Source of the DNA: a virus
Lineage: Duplodnaviria > Caudoviricetes
Virus record (IMG/VR): IMGVR_UViG_3300032081_000235
Location: 1 to 32,240 of that record
DNA length: 32,240 nucleotides
Direction: 5' to 3' (one strand)
A program made the position numbers and the translations under genes. The notes under the pieces were generated by a model. It searched no databases. It was given only the letters and a program-made list of their open reading frames with translations, and was not told the origin of the DNA. Each line of letters opens with the position of its first letter. Position 1 is the first letter of the stretch. This document shows, piece after piece, positions 16,974 to 25,355 of the stretch.

Positions 16974-18060
16974 TAACTTAATAGCTTGGTCGGCTATTGG
17001 TTTTTTAGTAATTTTAGTTATTGGCTTGTCTGTAAATGTTAGCGCTCAATCCTCTCAACAATCTGGTACAGCTTGCGTCAACGGTACGCAATATTGCGAA
17101 AACAATAGTTTAGATACAACAAATACTACGACTACAACTAATTCCAATACAAACGTAAATACCAACACAAATTTCAACACAAATTCAAATACGAATAGCA
17201 ACACTAACGTATCGACTAACACGAACAATTCGACCAATATAAATTCTAATACGAATGTTTCGACTAATTCCAATACGAATGTAAATAGCTCGACCTCGAA
17301 TAACACCAATACGAATAACAACGTCAATACTTCGACCTCGACATCTAACTCAACGGTTAATTCAACCGTTAATCAAAATGTCAACAATACTAATAATTCG
17401 ACTTCGACCAGCTCTAATACAAATCAAAACACCAATATTAATCAATCAACCTCAGATTCTAACGTCACAACTGACAATCGAAACGTAAACGAAAACAATT
17501 CTAGATCTGATAATACGAACCGAAATATTAACGAATCTAATTCTACTCAAACCATTAATCAAAACGTCAAGAGCAAGGCTCCTCCAGCTTCTGCAATAGC
17601 TCCAAGCATTATGTCTTATTCGCAAGATCTTTGTACTGTAGGCCGCTCTGGTGCGTTCCAAGGACAAGTATTTGGTTTCTCTACAGGAGCTACTGTTACT
17701 GATGAAAATTGTGAACGGTTAAAACTATCTAAGTATCTTTACGATACTGGTATGAAAGTAGCCAGCGTTAGTATTCTTTGCCAAGACGAAAGAGTGTTTA
17801 AGGCTATGGAGATGGCTGGCACTCCTTGTCCTTACAGAGGCAAGATAGGTGCAGAAGCAACTTTGGCTTGGGCTAAAAACAAATCTAAAAGACCAGATGT
17901 TAAAGAACAAGAAAAGTTATTCATACAAAAATGTACACACGATTCCAACCCCAACAGAGAAAAAATAAACAAAGATGTTGTTGGCGCAGTTAAAGTTATA
18001 TATACAAGAAAAACTAAAACAAGCAAACAATGCAAAAAAGAATTTTATGCTACGCAGTAG
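16948..18060 (+). CDS. Exported protein with Asn/Thr/Ser low-complexity repeat and Cys-rich C-terminal domain
   Basis: Hydrophobic N-terminal segment ending VSA|Q; about 150-aa NxNxN region; paired cysteines. Confidence 0.75.
   Translation: MDKEQKQHDNLIAWSAIGFLVILVIGLSVNVSAQSSQQSGTACVNGTQYCENNSLDTTNTTTTTNSNTNVNTNTNFNTNSNTNSNTNVSTNTNNSTNINSNTNVSTNSNTNVNSSTSNNTNTNNNVNTSTSTSNSTVNSTVNQNVNNTNNSTSTSSNTNQNTNINQSTSDSNVTTDNRNVNENNSRSDNTNRNINESNSTQTINQNVKSKAPPASAIAPSIMSYSQDLCTVGRSGAFQGQVFGFSTGATVTDENCERLKLSKYLYDTGMKVASVSILCQDERVFKAMEMAGTPCPYRGKIGAEATLAWAKNKSKRPDVKEQEKLFIQKCTHDSNPNREKINKDVVGAVKVIYTRKTKTSKQCKKEFYATQ
17116..17565 (+). repeat. Coding low-complexity Asn/Thr/Ser repeat region
   Basis: Encodes TTNTTTTTNSNTNVNTNTN... 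with degenerate NVSTN units. Confidence 0.85.
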
Positions 18061-20186
18061 CTAGTCTGCTATCATTTAGTGTATATGGACAGTATACATA
18101 TGAAGGCAACCAAGAACTTTACGATCTTAACGCTAATGCAAACAACTTTAACGGTGAATTAGCGTACGAGGTATCCGATGATGGTATTTCTCCCGCAATT
18201 GATCTTTCTTTTAATTTTACTTTTTATGGCTCTACATTTAGTCAAGCGAGGATGGCAACAAATGGATGTTTGCATTTTGGCTCTAGTGGTAGCTATTGTA
18301 ATGACTATACTCCTGACCCTATTAACGGGCAGCACACCTATACCATATACCCTTTCTGGACCGATTTAATTAGAGACTCTGATTCTCGTATGAAGTCTTG
18401 GGGTGATTCTAGCAAGATGATTTTTGGCTGGTATAACCTTAGAGAGTACAACAGAGCATCTGATAATAGTTTTGAAATAATACTTTGGAACAACCACTCT
18501 TTTGATTTACGTTATCGTGAATTAGATATTATTAACCATGATGTACTTATTGGTGAAGTGGGAGCTAACAAAGATGACTCTTATACTTATTACTACCATG
18601 ATGAATGTAATACAGGCTCAACCAACTCTAGCACCTGTGTAAATACTGATTGGAACAACTCAGATAAAAATACTAATTTAGAAAATGGTGGCTCTTTGTT
18701 TGGTTGGGGATCTGGCAGCGGTATTGATTGCAGCAATCCTTTAAATGATTCTAGTTGTAGCGGTTATGCAGATGCTTTATTAACCCAACAATGTAATATA
18801 AGCTCTCTTTATGATGAGTCTTGCCCCTATTATTGGGATGCTTATGATGACCAGCAATGTGATTTAGATCCTCAGTATGGGCCATTTTGCCCTGGTTATA
18901 CGCAACAAGAAGATGTAGGTTACTTTCAAGAAGATCAATTTGATTACGGTTACGAAGAAGAAGAGCAGTTTGGCTACGAGGAAGAACTTATATTTGAAGA
19001 GTTTGTATTTGAGTTTGATGAGCAGCACTTTGAAGAACAAGAGTTTATGTTTGAAGAAGAAATAATTTTTGAAGAAATGTTTCGTCAAGATGAGTTTGTA
19101 GATCCATTTCCCTTGATACCAGACTTTGAAATGCCGCGTGAAGAAATATTTATTCCTGTAGAAGATTTAATTATTGAAGAGTTTATTTTTCAAGAAACAT
19201 TTTTAGTAGAAGACTTTAGAGAACCTGAAACTTTTATTGAGTTAGAAACTATTGAAGAATTAGAAGAATGGTTTGAGGAAGAAACCAGAAGAGAAGAAGA
19301 GGTTGCAATATTAGAAGATCCAGAAGAAGAGTTTATAGAGGAAATTTTTGAAGAAGAAGCCGTTGAGGAAGTTTTTGAAGCTATAGAAGAAAGATTGGCT
19401 GAAGCTGAAATAGAAGAAGAAAGAATAGAAAGAGAAGAGACTATAGAAGAAGATGTATTTGAAGAAGAGTTTCAAGTTGCTGAAAGAGAAAATACAAAAG
19501 GTGAAAGCTCAATTAGCAGAGAAGTTGCTCTTAGGGTGGTTGCATCTACAATAAGAACCGCAAATCAGAGTGTTAGCGGTACTAACGCTGGCAATTCTAT
19601 ACATGCTACAGGCAATAGCGTAGCTACTGGAAATGCCGTAAGTAACTCATCTACCGCTGGTTTTAGTACCAGTAGTTCACCCAGCATGTCAGACCAGTTT
19701 GCATCATCTACAGCTCAAACCAATCAAGTTCTTGATATGAGCAGTATGTCTGTATCAGACTCTTCTTTTAGCTCAACAACAGCAGGAACAGAAACGGTAA
19801 CAATAGAAGTAGCAGTTGCTAATGTAACAACAGAAACAACGCAAGATCAGATGGATATGTCTATTGCATCTGTTGATGCTGATTCAGAAACTACCGTTGA
19901 AAATATTATTGCTCAAAACTTACAGACAGCTCAAGAACAAGTTGCAGCTAAACAAGAAGAAACTGGAGAGTATGGTTCAGAAAACGCTATTATAGCGGTT
20001 ATGGGCTTTTTACCAGGTTTTAATAGTTATAGAGCAGTAAACATACCCGAAAAAGAATTTTGGTATGAACCAAAAAGCATTTATACTAATAGCAACCTTT
20101 CAGATAATACTGCGGCTTTTTATGGGCTAGCAGGACAAAGTATAAAAACTTTGACTGAATTAAAAAAATTACAGCCAACATTATAG
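18030..20186 (+). CDS. Exported protein: nidogen (NIDO)-like domain, Cys repeats, long Glu-rich tract, Ser/Thr-rich tract
   Basis: Signal-like MQKRILCYAVASLLSFSVYG|Q. DD.IS.AIDLSFNFTFYG, ATNG and IYPFWTDL are NIDO-type motifs. Three C-x8-C-x-x-Y repeats. Confidence 0.75.
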   Translation: MQKRILCYAVASLLSFSVYGQYTYEGNQELYDLNANANNFNGELAYEVSDDGISPAIDLSFNFTFYGSTFSQARMATNGCLHFGSSGSYCNDYTPDPINGQHTYTIYPFWTDLIRDSDSRMKSWGDSSKMIFGWYNLREYNRASDNSFEIILWNNHSFDLRYRELDIINHDVLIGEVGANKDDSYTYYYHDECNTGSTNSSTCVNTDWNNSDKNTNLENGGSLFGWGSGSGIDCSNPLNDSSCSGYADALLTQQCNISSLYDESCPYYWDAYDDQQCDLDPQYGPFCPGYTQQEDVGYFQEDQFDYGYEEEEQFGYEEELIFEEFVFEFDEQHFEEQEFMFEEEIIFEEMFRQDEFVDPFPLIPDFEMPREEIFIPVEDLIIEEFIFQETFLVEDFREPETFIELETIEELEEWFEEETRREEEVAILEDPEEEFIEEIFEEEAVEEVFEAIEERLAEAEIEEERIEREETIEEDVFEEEFQVAERENTKGESSISREVALRVVASTIRTANQSVSGTNAGNSIHATGNSVATGNAVSNSSTAGFSTSSSPSMSDQFASSTAQTNQVLDMSSMSVSDSSFSSTTAGTETVTIEVAVANVTTETTQDQMDMSIASVDADSETTVENIIAQNLQTAQEQVAAKQEETGEYGSENAIIAVMGFLPGFNSYRAVNIPEKEFWYEPKSIYTNSNLSDNTAAFYGLAGQSIKTLTELKKLQPTL

Positions 20187-20195
20187 GAGACTGAA

Positions 20196-20549
20196 ATGAA
20201 TTGGTTTGAAAATAAAACAACACAACTTATAGCTCTTGTTGGTATTGTTACAACACTTGCTGGCTTTGGCTATCAAGGCGCTCAGTATGTTAACAGATTA
20301 GATAACCTAGAAGCTCAAATAGGTGGTATAGGTGATACCGAACAAAAACAAAAAGTTATTGAAGAAAGATTTGCAGGTATAGAAAAGTCTGTACAGTATT
20401 TAGAAAAACAAATAGACGGTATTTCTGTTCCAGATGTAACTGAAATAAAAACAGATATAGCTACAATTAAAGCTGACATTCAATCTTTAAACAAAGAAGT
20501 AGATAAGATAGAAGCAAAAATGAATGATAAAAATCCATTAGCGGGGTAA
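20196..20549 (+). CDS. N-terminal TM + coiled-coil protein (i-spanin-like topology)
   Basis: RBS AGGAG; LIALVGIVTTLAGFGY then about 85 aa of heptads ending KNPLAG. Confidence 0.65.
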   Translation: MNWFENKTTQLIALVGIVTTLAGFGYQGAQYVNRLDNLEAQIGGIGDTEQKQKVIEERFAGIEKSVQYLEKQIDGISVPDVTEIKTDIATIKADIQSLNKEVDKIEAKMNDKNPLAG

Positions 20550-20551
20550 TT

Positions 20552-21040
20552 ATGAAATTTGGTTTAATTAAAAATGTAGTAGGAGCGCTTGCTCCAACTT
20601 TAGGATCTGCATTAGGTGGGCCGTTAGGCGGTCAAGCAGCGTCCGTTATTGCTGGTGTGCTTGGCTGTCAATCAGACCCAAAGTCTATTAACAAAGCTAT
20701 TCAAGAAGCTACTCCAGAACAAATGTTAGAGCTTAAAAAAGCTGAACAAGGTTTTGAACTTCAGATGAAAGAGCTAGATGTAGATATATTTAGATTAGAA
20801 ACAGTAGAAAAACAAGACGCTAGAAAAACTTTTAACAAAGATTGGACAGCTAGAATTATGGGTATTGCTGTTGTTGGTGGATTTATGGGTTATATATTTT
20901 TAGTAACCTTACAACCGCCCGAGCAAAATTCTGAAGCCTTAATTAATTTAGTGTTAGGATATTTGGGTGGATTGGCATCGGCAGTTATATCGTTTTATTT
21001 TGGAGCTTCCAACTCAGGTGATAAAAAAGATGGCGAATAG
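20552..21040 (+). CDS. Putative holin
   Basis: Gly-rich hydrophobic N-terminus plus two C-terminal TM helices ending SFYFG; upstream of the lysozyme. Confidence 0.65.
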   Translation: MKFGLIKNVVGALAPTLGSALGGPLGGQAASVIAGVLGCQSDPKSINKAIQEATPEQMLELKKAEQGFELQMKELDVDIFRLETVEKQDARKTFNKDWTARIMGIAVVGGFMGYIFLVTLQPPEQNSEALINLVLGYLGGLASAVISFYFGASNSGDKKDGE

Positions 21041-21245
21041 AACCACAGTTCAATCTGTTGCATCAGATTTAAAGTCTCATGAAGCAAAATGTGAGGAAAG
21101 ATGGAAAACTATATTTCGAGAAACAGCAGAGATAAAGCAAGAAATGAACGATTTAAACAAAACCTTAAGAATGGCAATGTTTGGAACTTTCGGTTTTATA
21201 GGAACTTTGTTAATCGCTTTTGTAACAATCGTATTGGGAAATTAA
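21030..21245 (+). CDS. Small coiled-coil + C-terminal TM protein (lysis accessory / holin-like)
   Basis: Start re-assigned to ATG 21030 (RBS AGGTG); HEAKCEERW motif; TAATG-coupled to the lysozyme. Confidence 0.6.
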   Translation: MANRTTVQSVASDLKSHEAKCEERWKTIFRETAEIKQEMNDLNKTLRMAMFGTFGFIGTLLIAFVTIVLGN

Positions 21246-21691
21246 TGCACACTTCAGACGAAGGCTTCGAGCTTATAAAAAAATTTGAAGGCTGTGAGCT
21301 TGAGGCATATAAATGTGCTGCGGGGGTTTGGACTATAGGATATGGCCATACCAAAGATGTACAAGAAGGTGATAGGTGGACTGAAGAAAAAGCAGACTTT
21401 ATGTTATGGCGTGAGCTTGATGATGAGTATGAACATTATGTTAATTCATTGGTAACTGTTCCGATGAATCAATCCCAATTTGATTCTTTGGTTTCTTGGA
21501 CATACAACTTAGGACCAAATAATTTAAAAAAATCTAGCATGCTTAGAGTTTTAAATGAAGGTAAATACGACGAAGTTCCCGCGCAAATGAAAAGATGGAA
21601 TAAGGCAAAGGGCAAAGTTTTAGCTGGTCTTACAAGAAGAAGAGAAGCGGAAGGATTAATGTTTGAGGGTAAGCCTTGGGAACATATATAA
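21245..21691 (+). CDS. Endolysin, GH24 phage lysozyme
   Basis: Start re-assigned to ATG 21245. FEGCELEAYKCAAGVWTIGYGHT gives the E-x8-C-x5-T triad; also GLTRRREAE. Confidence 0.93.
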   Translation: MHTSDEGFELIKKFEGCELEAYKCAAGVWTIGYGHTKDVQEGDRWTEEKADFMLWRELDDEYEHYVNSLVTVPMNQSQFDSLVSWTYNLGPNNLKKSSMLRVLNEGKYDEVPAQMKRWNKAKGKVLAGLTRRREAEGLMFEGKPWEHI

Positions 21692-21692
21692 A

Positions 21693-23555
21693 ATGGCTTT
21701 ACAGAAAACAATATTTAAACCAGGGATAAACAGAGAAGGAACTGACTACAGCAATGAGGGCGGTTGGTTTGATGTTAATCTTGTAAGGTTTAGAAAAGGC
21801 TTGCCTGAAAAGTTTGGTGGCTGGGTTAAAAATACAACTGAATCTTTTTTGGGAACTTGCAGAGCTTTACATGCTTGGGTTTCTTTAAACGGAACAAAGT
21901 TATTGGGTCTTGGAACAACTTGGAAATATTACATACAAGAAGGTAATGTTTTTTATGATGTTACGCCTATTAGGGCAACAACAACTAATGGAATTACTTT
22001 TTCTGCTACAAACGGCAGTTCAATTATAACTGCTACTGATTCATCTCATGGTGCAGTCCAAAATGATTTTGTAACAATAGCTGGTGCAGCTTCTTTGGGA
22101 GGTTTAATTACAGCAGAAGTTTTAAATCAAGAATATCAAATAGCAACTGTACCTTCTGCTAATACTTACACTTTTATAGCCAAAGATATTTCTGGCGATA
22201 CCGTTACTGCAAATGCAAGTGATTCTGGTAATGGCGGATCAGGGGTAGATGGCGCTTACCAAATAAATGTGGGTTTAGATGATTATGTCCCATCTACAGG
22301 TTGGGGAGCAGGCTCTTGGGGTGAAGGGACTTTTGGTTCTTCTACAGCTTTATCAGAAACAGGACAGCTAAGATTGTGGTCGCATGACCATTTTGGTGAA
22401 AATTTAATTATTAATGCTAGAAATGGCGGTATTTATAAATGGGTAGAAAACGATGGCACTTCTACTAGAGCTGTTGCACTTTCTGGAATATCTGGCGCTA
22501 ACCTTGTTCCAACCAAAGGTATACAAGTTATTACCTCTGAGAAAGACAGGCATTTGATTGTATTGGGCGCTGATCCTGTTAGTGGTAGTTCTAGGTCTGG
22601 AACAATTGACCCCATGCTAATTGCATTTTCCGACCAAGAAAACGAATTACAGTTTGAACCCTTAATTACTAATACCGCTGGTTCTTTAAGATTATCTTCT
22701 GGATCTTCTATTATTGGAGCCAATAAATCTCGTCAAGAAATATTAATTTGGACTGATACTGCTTTGTATAGCATGCAGTTTGTTGGGCCTCCGTTTACTT
22801 TTGCCGTTAACTTAATTAACGAAGGAACAGGATTGATAGGACCTAAAGCATCTGTAACAGCTCCTTCTGCTGTATTTTGGATGAGTTACAATAATTTTTA
22901 CGCTTACAATGGCACAGTTCAATCGCTACCTTGCAGCGTGCAAAATTATATTTTTTCAGATATTAACTTAACTCAATCTTTTAAAATTAACGCTTTTACC
23001 ATTACCGATAAAAATGAAGTGGGTTGGTTTTACTGTTCAGCAGATTCTAGAGAAATTAATAGGTATGTTATTTACAATTATACAGAACAAACTTGGGTGT
23101 ATGGTTCTTTAAGCAGAACAGCGTGGTTAGATTCTGGCATTGAAAACTTTCCTAGAGCTGTAAGTAGCGGCTATCTTTATCAACAAGAAGTAGGCTTTGA
23201 CGATGATGGCTCGCCGATGACAAATGTTTTTATTGAAAGTTCAGACTTTGATATAGGAGATGGAGAACAATTTAGTTTTATTAGAAGACTAATACCAGAC
23301 TTTAAATTCTTATCTAATTCTGGTAGCGGAAAAGTTAATATTGTTGTTAAAACAAGAAACTTTCCAGGTGATTCTTTAACAACAAGAGCAACCAGCTCTA
23401 TTGGTTCTACAACACAACAAAGCAATATTAGAGCAAGAGGCCGACAAGCTGTTTTAAGGGTTGAATCAGATGATGATGATACCAGCGGGAATTTAAGCGT
23501 TGGTTGGAGATTGGGGGCGACTAGGTTAGACGTAAAGACAGACGGTAAGAGATGA
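21693..23555 (+). CDS. Tail hub/nozzle (P22 gp10-like stabilisation) protein
   Basis: Start re-assigned to ATG 21693. 620 aa with beta-propeller-like repeats; motifs VRFRKGLPEKFGGW and LGATRLDVKTDGKR. Confidence 0.65.
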   Translation: MALQKTIFKPGINREGTDYSNEGGWFDVNLVRFRKGLPEKFGGWVKNTTESFLGTCRALHAWVSLNGTKLLGLGTTWKYYIQEGNVFYDVTPIRATTTNGITFSATNGSSIITATDSSHGAVQNDFVTIAGAASLGGLITAEVLNQEYQIATVPSANTYTFIAKDISGDTVTANASDSGNGGSGVDGAYQINVGLDDYVPSTGWGAGSWGEGTFGSSTALSETGQLRLWSHDHFGENLIINARNGGIYKWVENDGTSTRAVALSGISGANLVPTKGIQVITSEKDRHLIVLGADPVSGSSRSGTIDPMLIAFSDQENELQFEPLITNTAGSLRLSSGSSIIGANKSRQEILIWTDTALYSMQFVGPPFTFAVNLINEGTGLIGPKASVTAPSAVFWMSYNNFYAYNGTVQSLPCSVQNYIFSDINLTQSFKINAFTITDKNEVGWFYCSADSREINRYVIYNYTEQTWVYGSLSRTAWLDSGIENFPRAVSSGYLYQQEVGFDDDGSPMTNVFIESSDFDIGDGEQFSFIRRLIPDFKFLSNSGSGKVNIVVKTRNFPGDSLTTRATSSIGSTTQQSNIRARGRQAVLRVESDDDDTSGNLSVGWRLGATRLDVKTDGKR

Positions 23556-23881
23556 GCAAAATACTGCAAACTCAACTTCCACTAGCTTACGGGGATACAA
23601 CTTCTGTTGATGTTTTTAATAGACTTGTACGTATTTTAGAGATAAACTTAGGATCAGTAGACCCTGATAATACTTTGCAATTATCAACTACTGAACGTGA
23701 CAAATTAAACTTTAATATTGGCACGCTGATCTTTAATACTACAACTGAAGTGTTGCAAGTATATAACGGGCATAATTTCTTAGATTTAGGAACACCCGCC
23801 AATCCTCAAGGATACGAAGCCCAAGGTTTACTAGGTAGTGTTTCGGTAAAAACAAACGGAAATATTACAATAACCTTGTAA
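23552..23881 (+). CDS. Small tail protein
   Basis: ATGA overlap; TTERD..GTLIFNTTTEVLQVYNG fibre-type motif. Confidence 0.55.
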   Translation: MSKILQTQLPLAYGDTTSVDVFNRLVRILEINLGSVDPDNTLQLSTTERDKLNFNIGTLIFNTTTEVLQVYNGHNFLDLGTPANPQGYEAQGLLGSVSVKTNGNITITL

Positions 23882-23897
23882 AATGATAATATAACAT

Positions 23898-25355
23898 ATG
23901 GAACAAGGTATGCTAAACAACGGACAGAGACAGCAACTAGAAGGAATTGCAGCTTTAGGCAGAAACGAAGATACTTATTTGGCTCACGTAGCGCCAGATG
24001 AGATGATCGTCCCAGCTCAAGCTTTACGCGATAACCCACTTTTAAAACAAGCAATTCAAAAATCTATTTCTAAGTACGGGATTGATCCTAATCAATTCTT
24101 AGTTGGAAATGGCAGTATGGATTTAAACCCTTTAACGGGTCTACCTGAGTTTGGATTTTTATCTAAAATTTGGAAAAAAGCTAAAAAGATAGTTAAAAAA
24201 GTTGCTCCTATAGCAATTAATTTTATTCCTGGCGTTGGCCCTTTAGCTAAAGCAGCCTTAACAACAGTTGCTGGTAAAGCTTCAGGCTTATCAACAAAAG
24301 AAGCTTTGTTGGGTGGCGCTTTAAGTTACGGAGGTAGCAAGCTCTTTGGGGGAACTCCAACAGGAGGATCAACTCCAGCAAATACAGGCAGTTTTTTCTC
24401 TAGAGCAAAAGAATTTATTACCCCAGGTGCAGACGGCGTTGGAATATTTGGCAACGTAAAAGAGTTTGTACTTCCAGGGCAAGACAAAGTTGGTCTTTTT
24501 GGCAACGTAAAAAAGGGTATTGGCAGTCTGTTTGGCGGACCTCAAGTTCCAGAGGGATTAGAAATAGGTGCAGACGGCATGTATGTAGATGCTGCTGGAA
24601 ACACTTACGATTATCAACAGTTAGTTGATATGGGCGTGATGGATCGATCTGGAAATATAATTAATACACCTCAAGCTAATTTAAGCAATCAAGGAATAGG
24701 AAGCTTTTTTGGACGTGAAACTCCTCAATTTATAAAATCTATTGGAGATGCTGTTGGTCTAGGTGGCGCAAGCGGATTGCAAGATTTTTATGGAGGCAGC
24801 GGAGCTCCAATTGGCGGCTCTCCAGGTCAAGGCGGGGGCGGCGGTATGTTTGGCGGCAACCTCGGGCTTATGGGTCTTGCAGGACTAGCTGGCAAGCTTG
24901 CTTACGACGCATCTAAAGAAAGAATGGGTGGTATAGCAGAAACTCCTAAAGTAACAATGGATCAATTGGGCAGATACCAAATGGCTCAAAACTTAGGAAC
25001 AGGCGGTAGTAGAGCAGACTTTGGTTTAGCTCCTGCACCTGTAGCTTTAGATTTTGCTTACGGCGGTGAGGCTAGAAAATATTTTAATCAAGGTGGTTTG
25101 GCAACAACGATTGGTGAACTAGACATGCGTGAAGGCGGAGAATCCGCTGGACCAGGTACTGGCACTTCAGATGATATACCCGCGATGTTAAGTGATGGTG
25201 AGTTTGTAATGACTGCTAAAGCTACACGTGGCGCAGGCGCATTTGACGTTAACAAAACTAAATCTGGTATCGAGCTTATTAAAGGTGGTAGCGCTTCACG
25301 CGAAAAAGGTGTAAAAAACATGCGTGAGTTAATGAATATTTTTGAGGCAATATAA
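23898..25355 (+). CDS. Probable DNA-ejection/pilot protein, Gly-rich
   Basis: Gly-rich hydrophobic helices, NPLTGLPEF motif, C-terminal GPGTGTSDDIPAMLSDGEFV motif; follows the tail genes. Confidence 0.6.
   Translation: MEQGMLNNGQRQQLEGIAALGRNEDTYLAHVAPDEMIVPAQALRDNPLLKQAIQKSISKYGIDPNQFLVGNGSMDLNPLTGLPEFGFLSKIWKKAKKIVKKVAPIAINFIPGVGPLAKAALTTVAGKASGLSTKEALLGGALSYGGSKLFGGTPTGGSTPANTGSFFSRAKEFITPGADGVGIFGNVKEFVLPGQDKVGLFGNVKKGIGSLFGGPQVPEGLEIGADGMYVDAAGNTYDYQQLVDMGVMDRSGNIINTPQANLSNQGIGSFFGRETPQFIKSIGDAVGLGGASGLQDFYGGSGAPIGGSPGQGGGGGMFGGNLGLMGLAGLAGKLAYDASKERMGGIAETPKVTMDQLGRYQMAQNLGTGGSRADFGLAPAPVALDFAYGGEARKYFNQGGLATTIGELDMREGGESAGPGTGTSDDIPAMLSDGEFVMTAKATRGAGAFDVNKTKSGIELIKGGSASREKGVKNMRELMNIFEAI
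24408..24512 (+). repeat. 51-nt (17-aa) coding tandem duplication
   Basis: KEFITPGADGVGIFGNV / KEFVLPGQDKVGLFGNV; TTTGGCAACGTAAAA at 24447 and 24498. Confidence 0.8.

Noticed and set aside
16948-17100. Lipoprotein (o-spanin) signal at SGTAC
   Set aside because: The Cys is separated from the hydrophobic stretch by a polar QSSQQ segment; an SPase I site VSA|Q fits better.
17055-17327. Val/Leu/Phe-rich antisense ORF resembling a membrane protein
   Set aside because: It is the reverse-complement consequence of the Asn/Thr codon repeat.
21101-21244. N-terminal extension of the lysozyme (possible SAR/signal); likewise the extended starts at 15651, 20967 and 21663
   Set aside because: The extensions overlap upstream genes and the lysozyme one is not hydrophobic; downstream ATGs fit coupling or RBS better.
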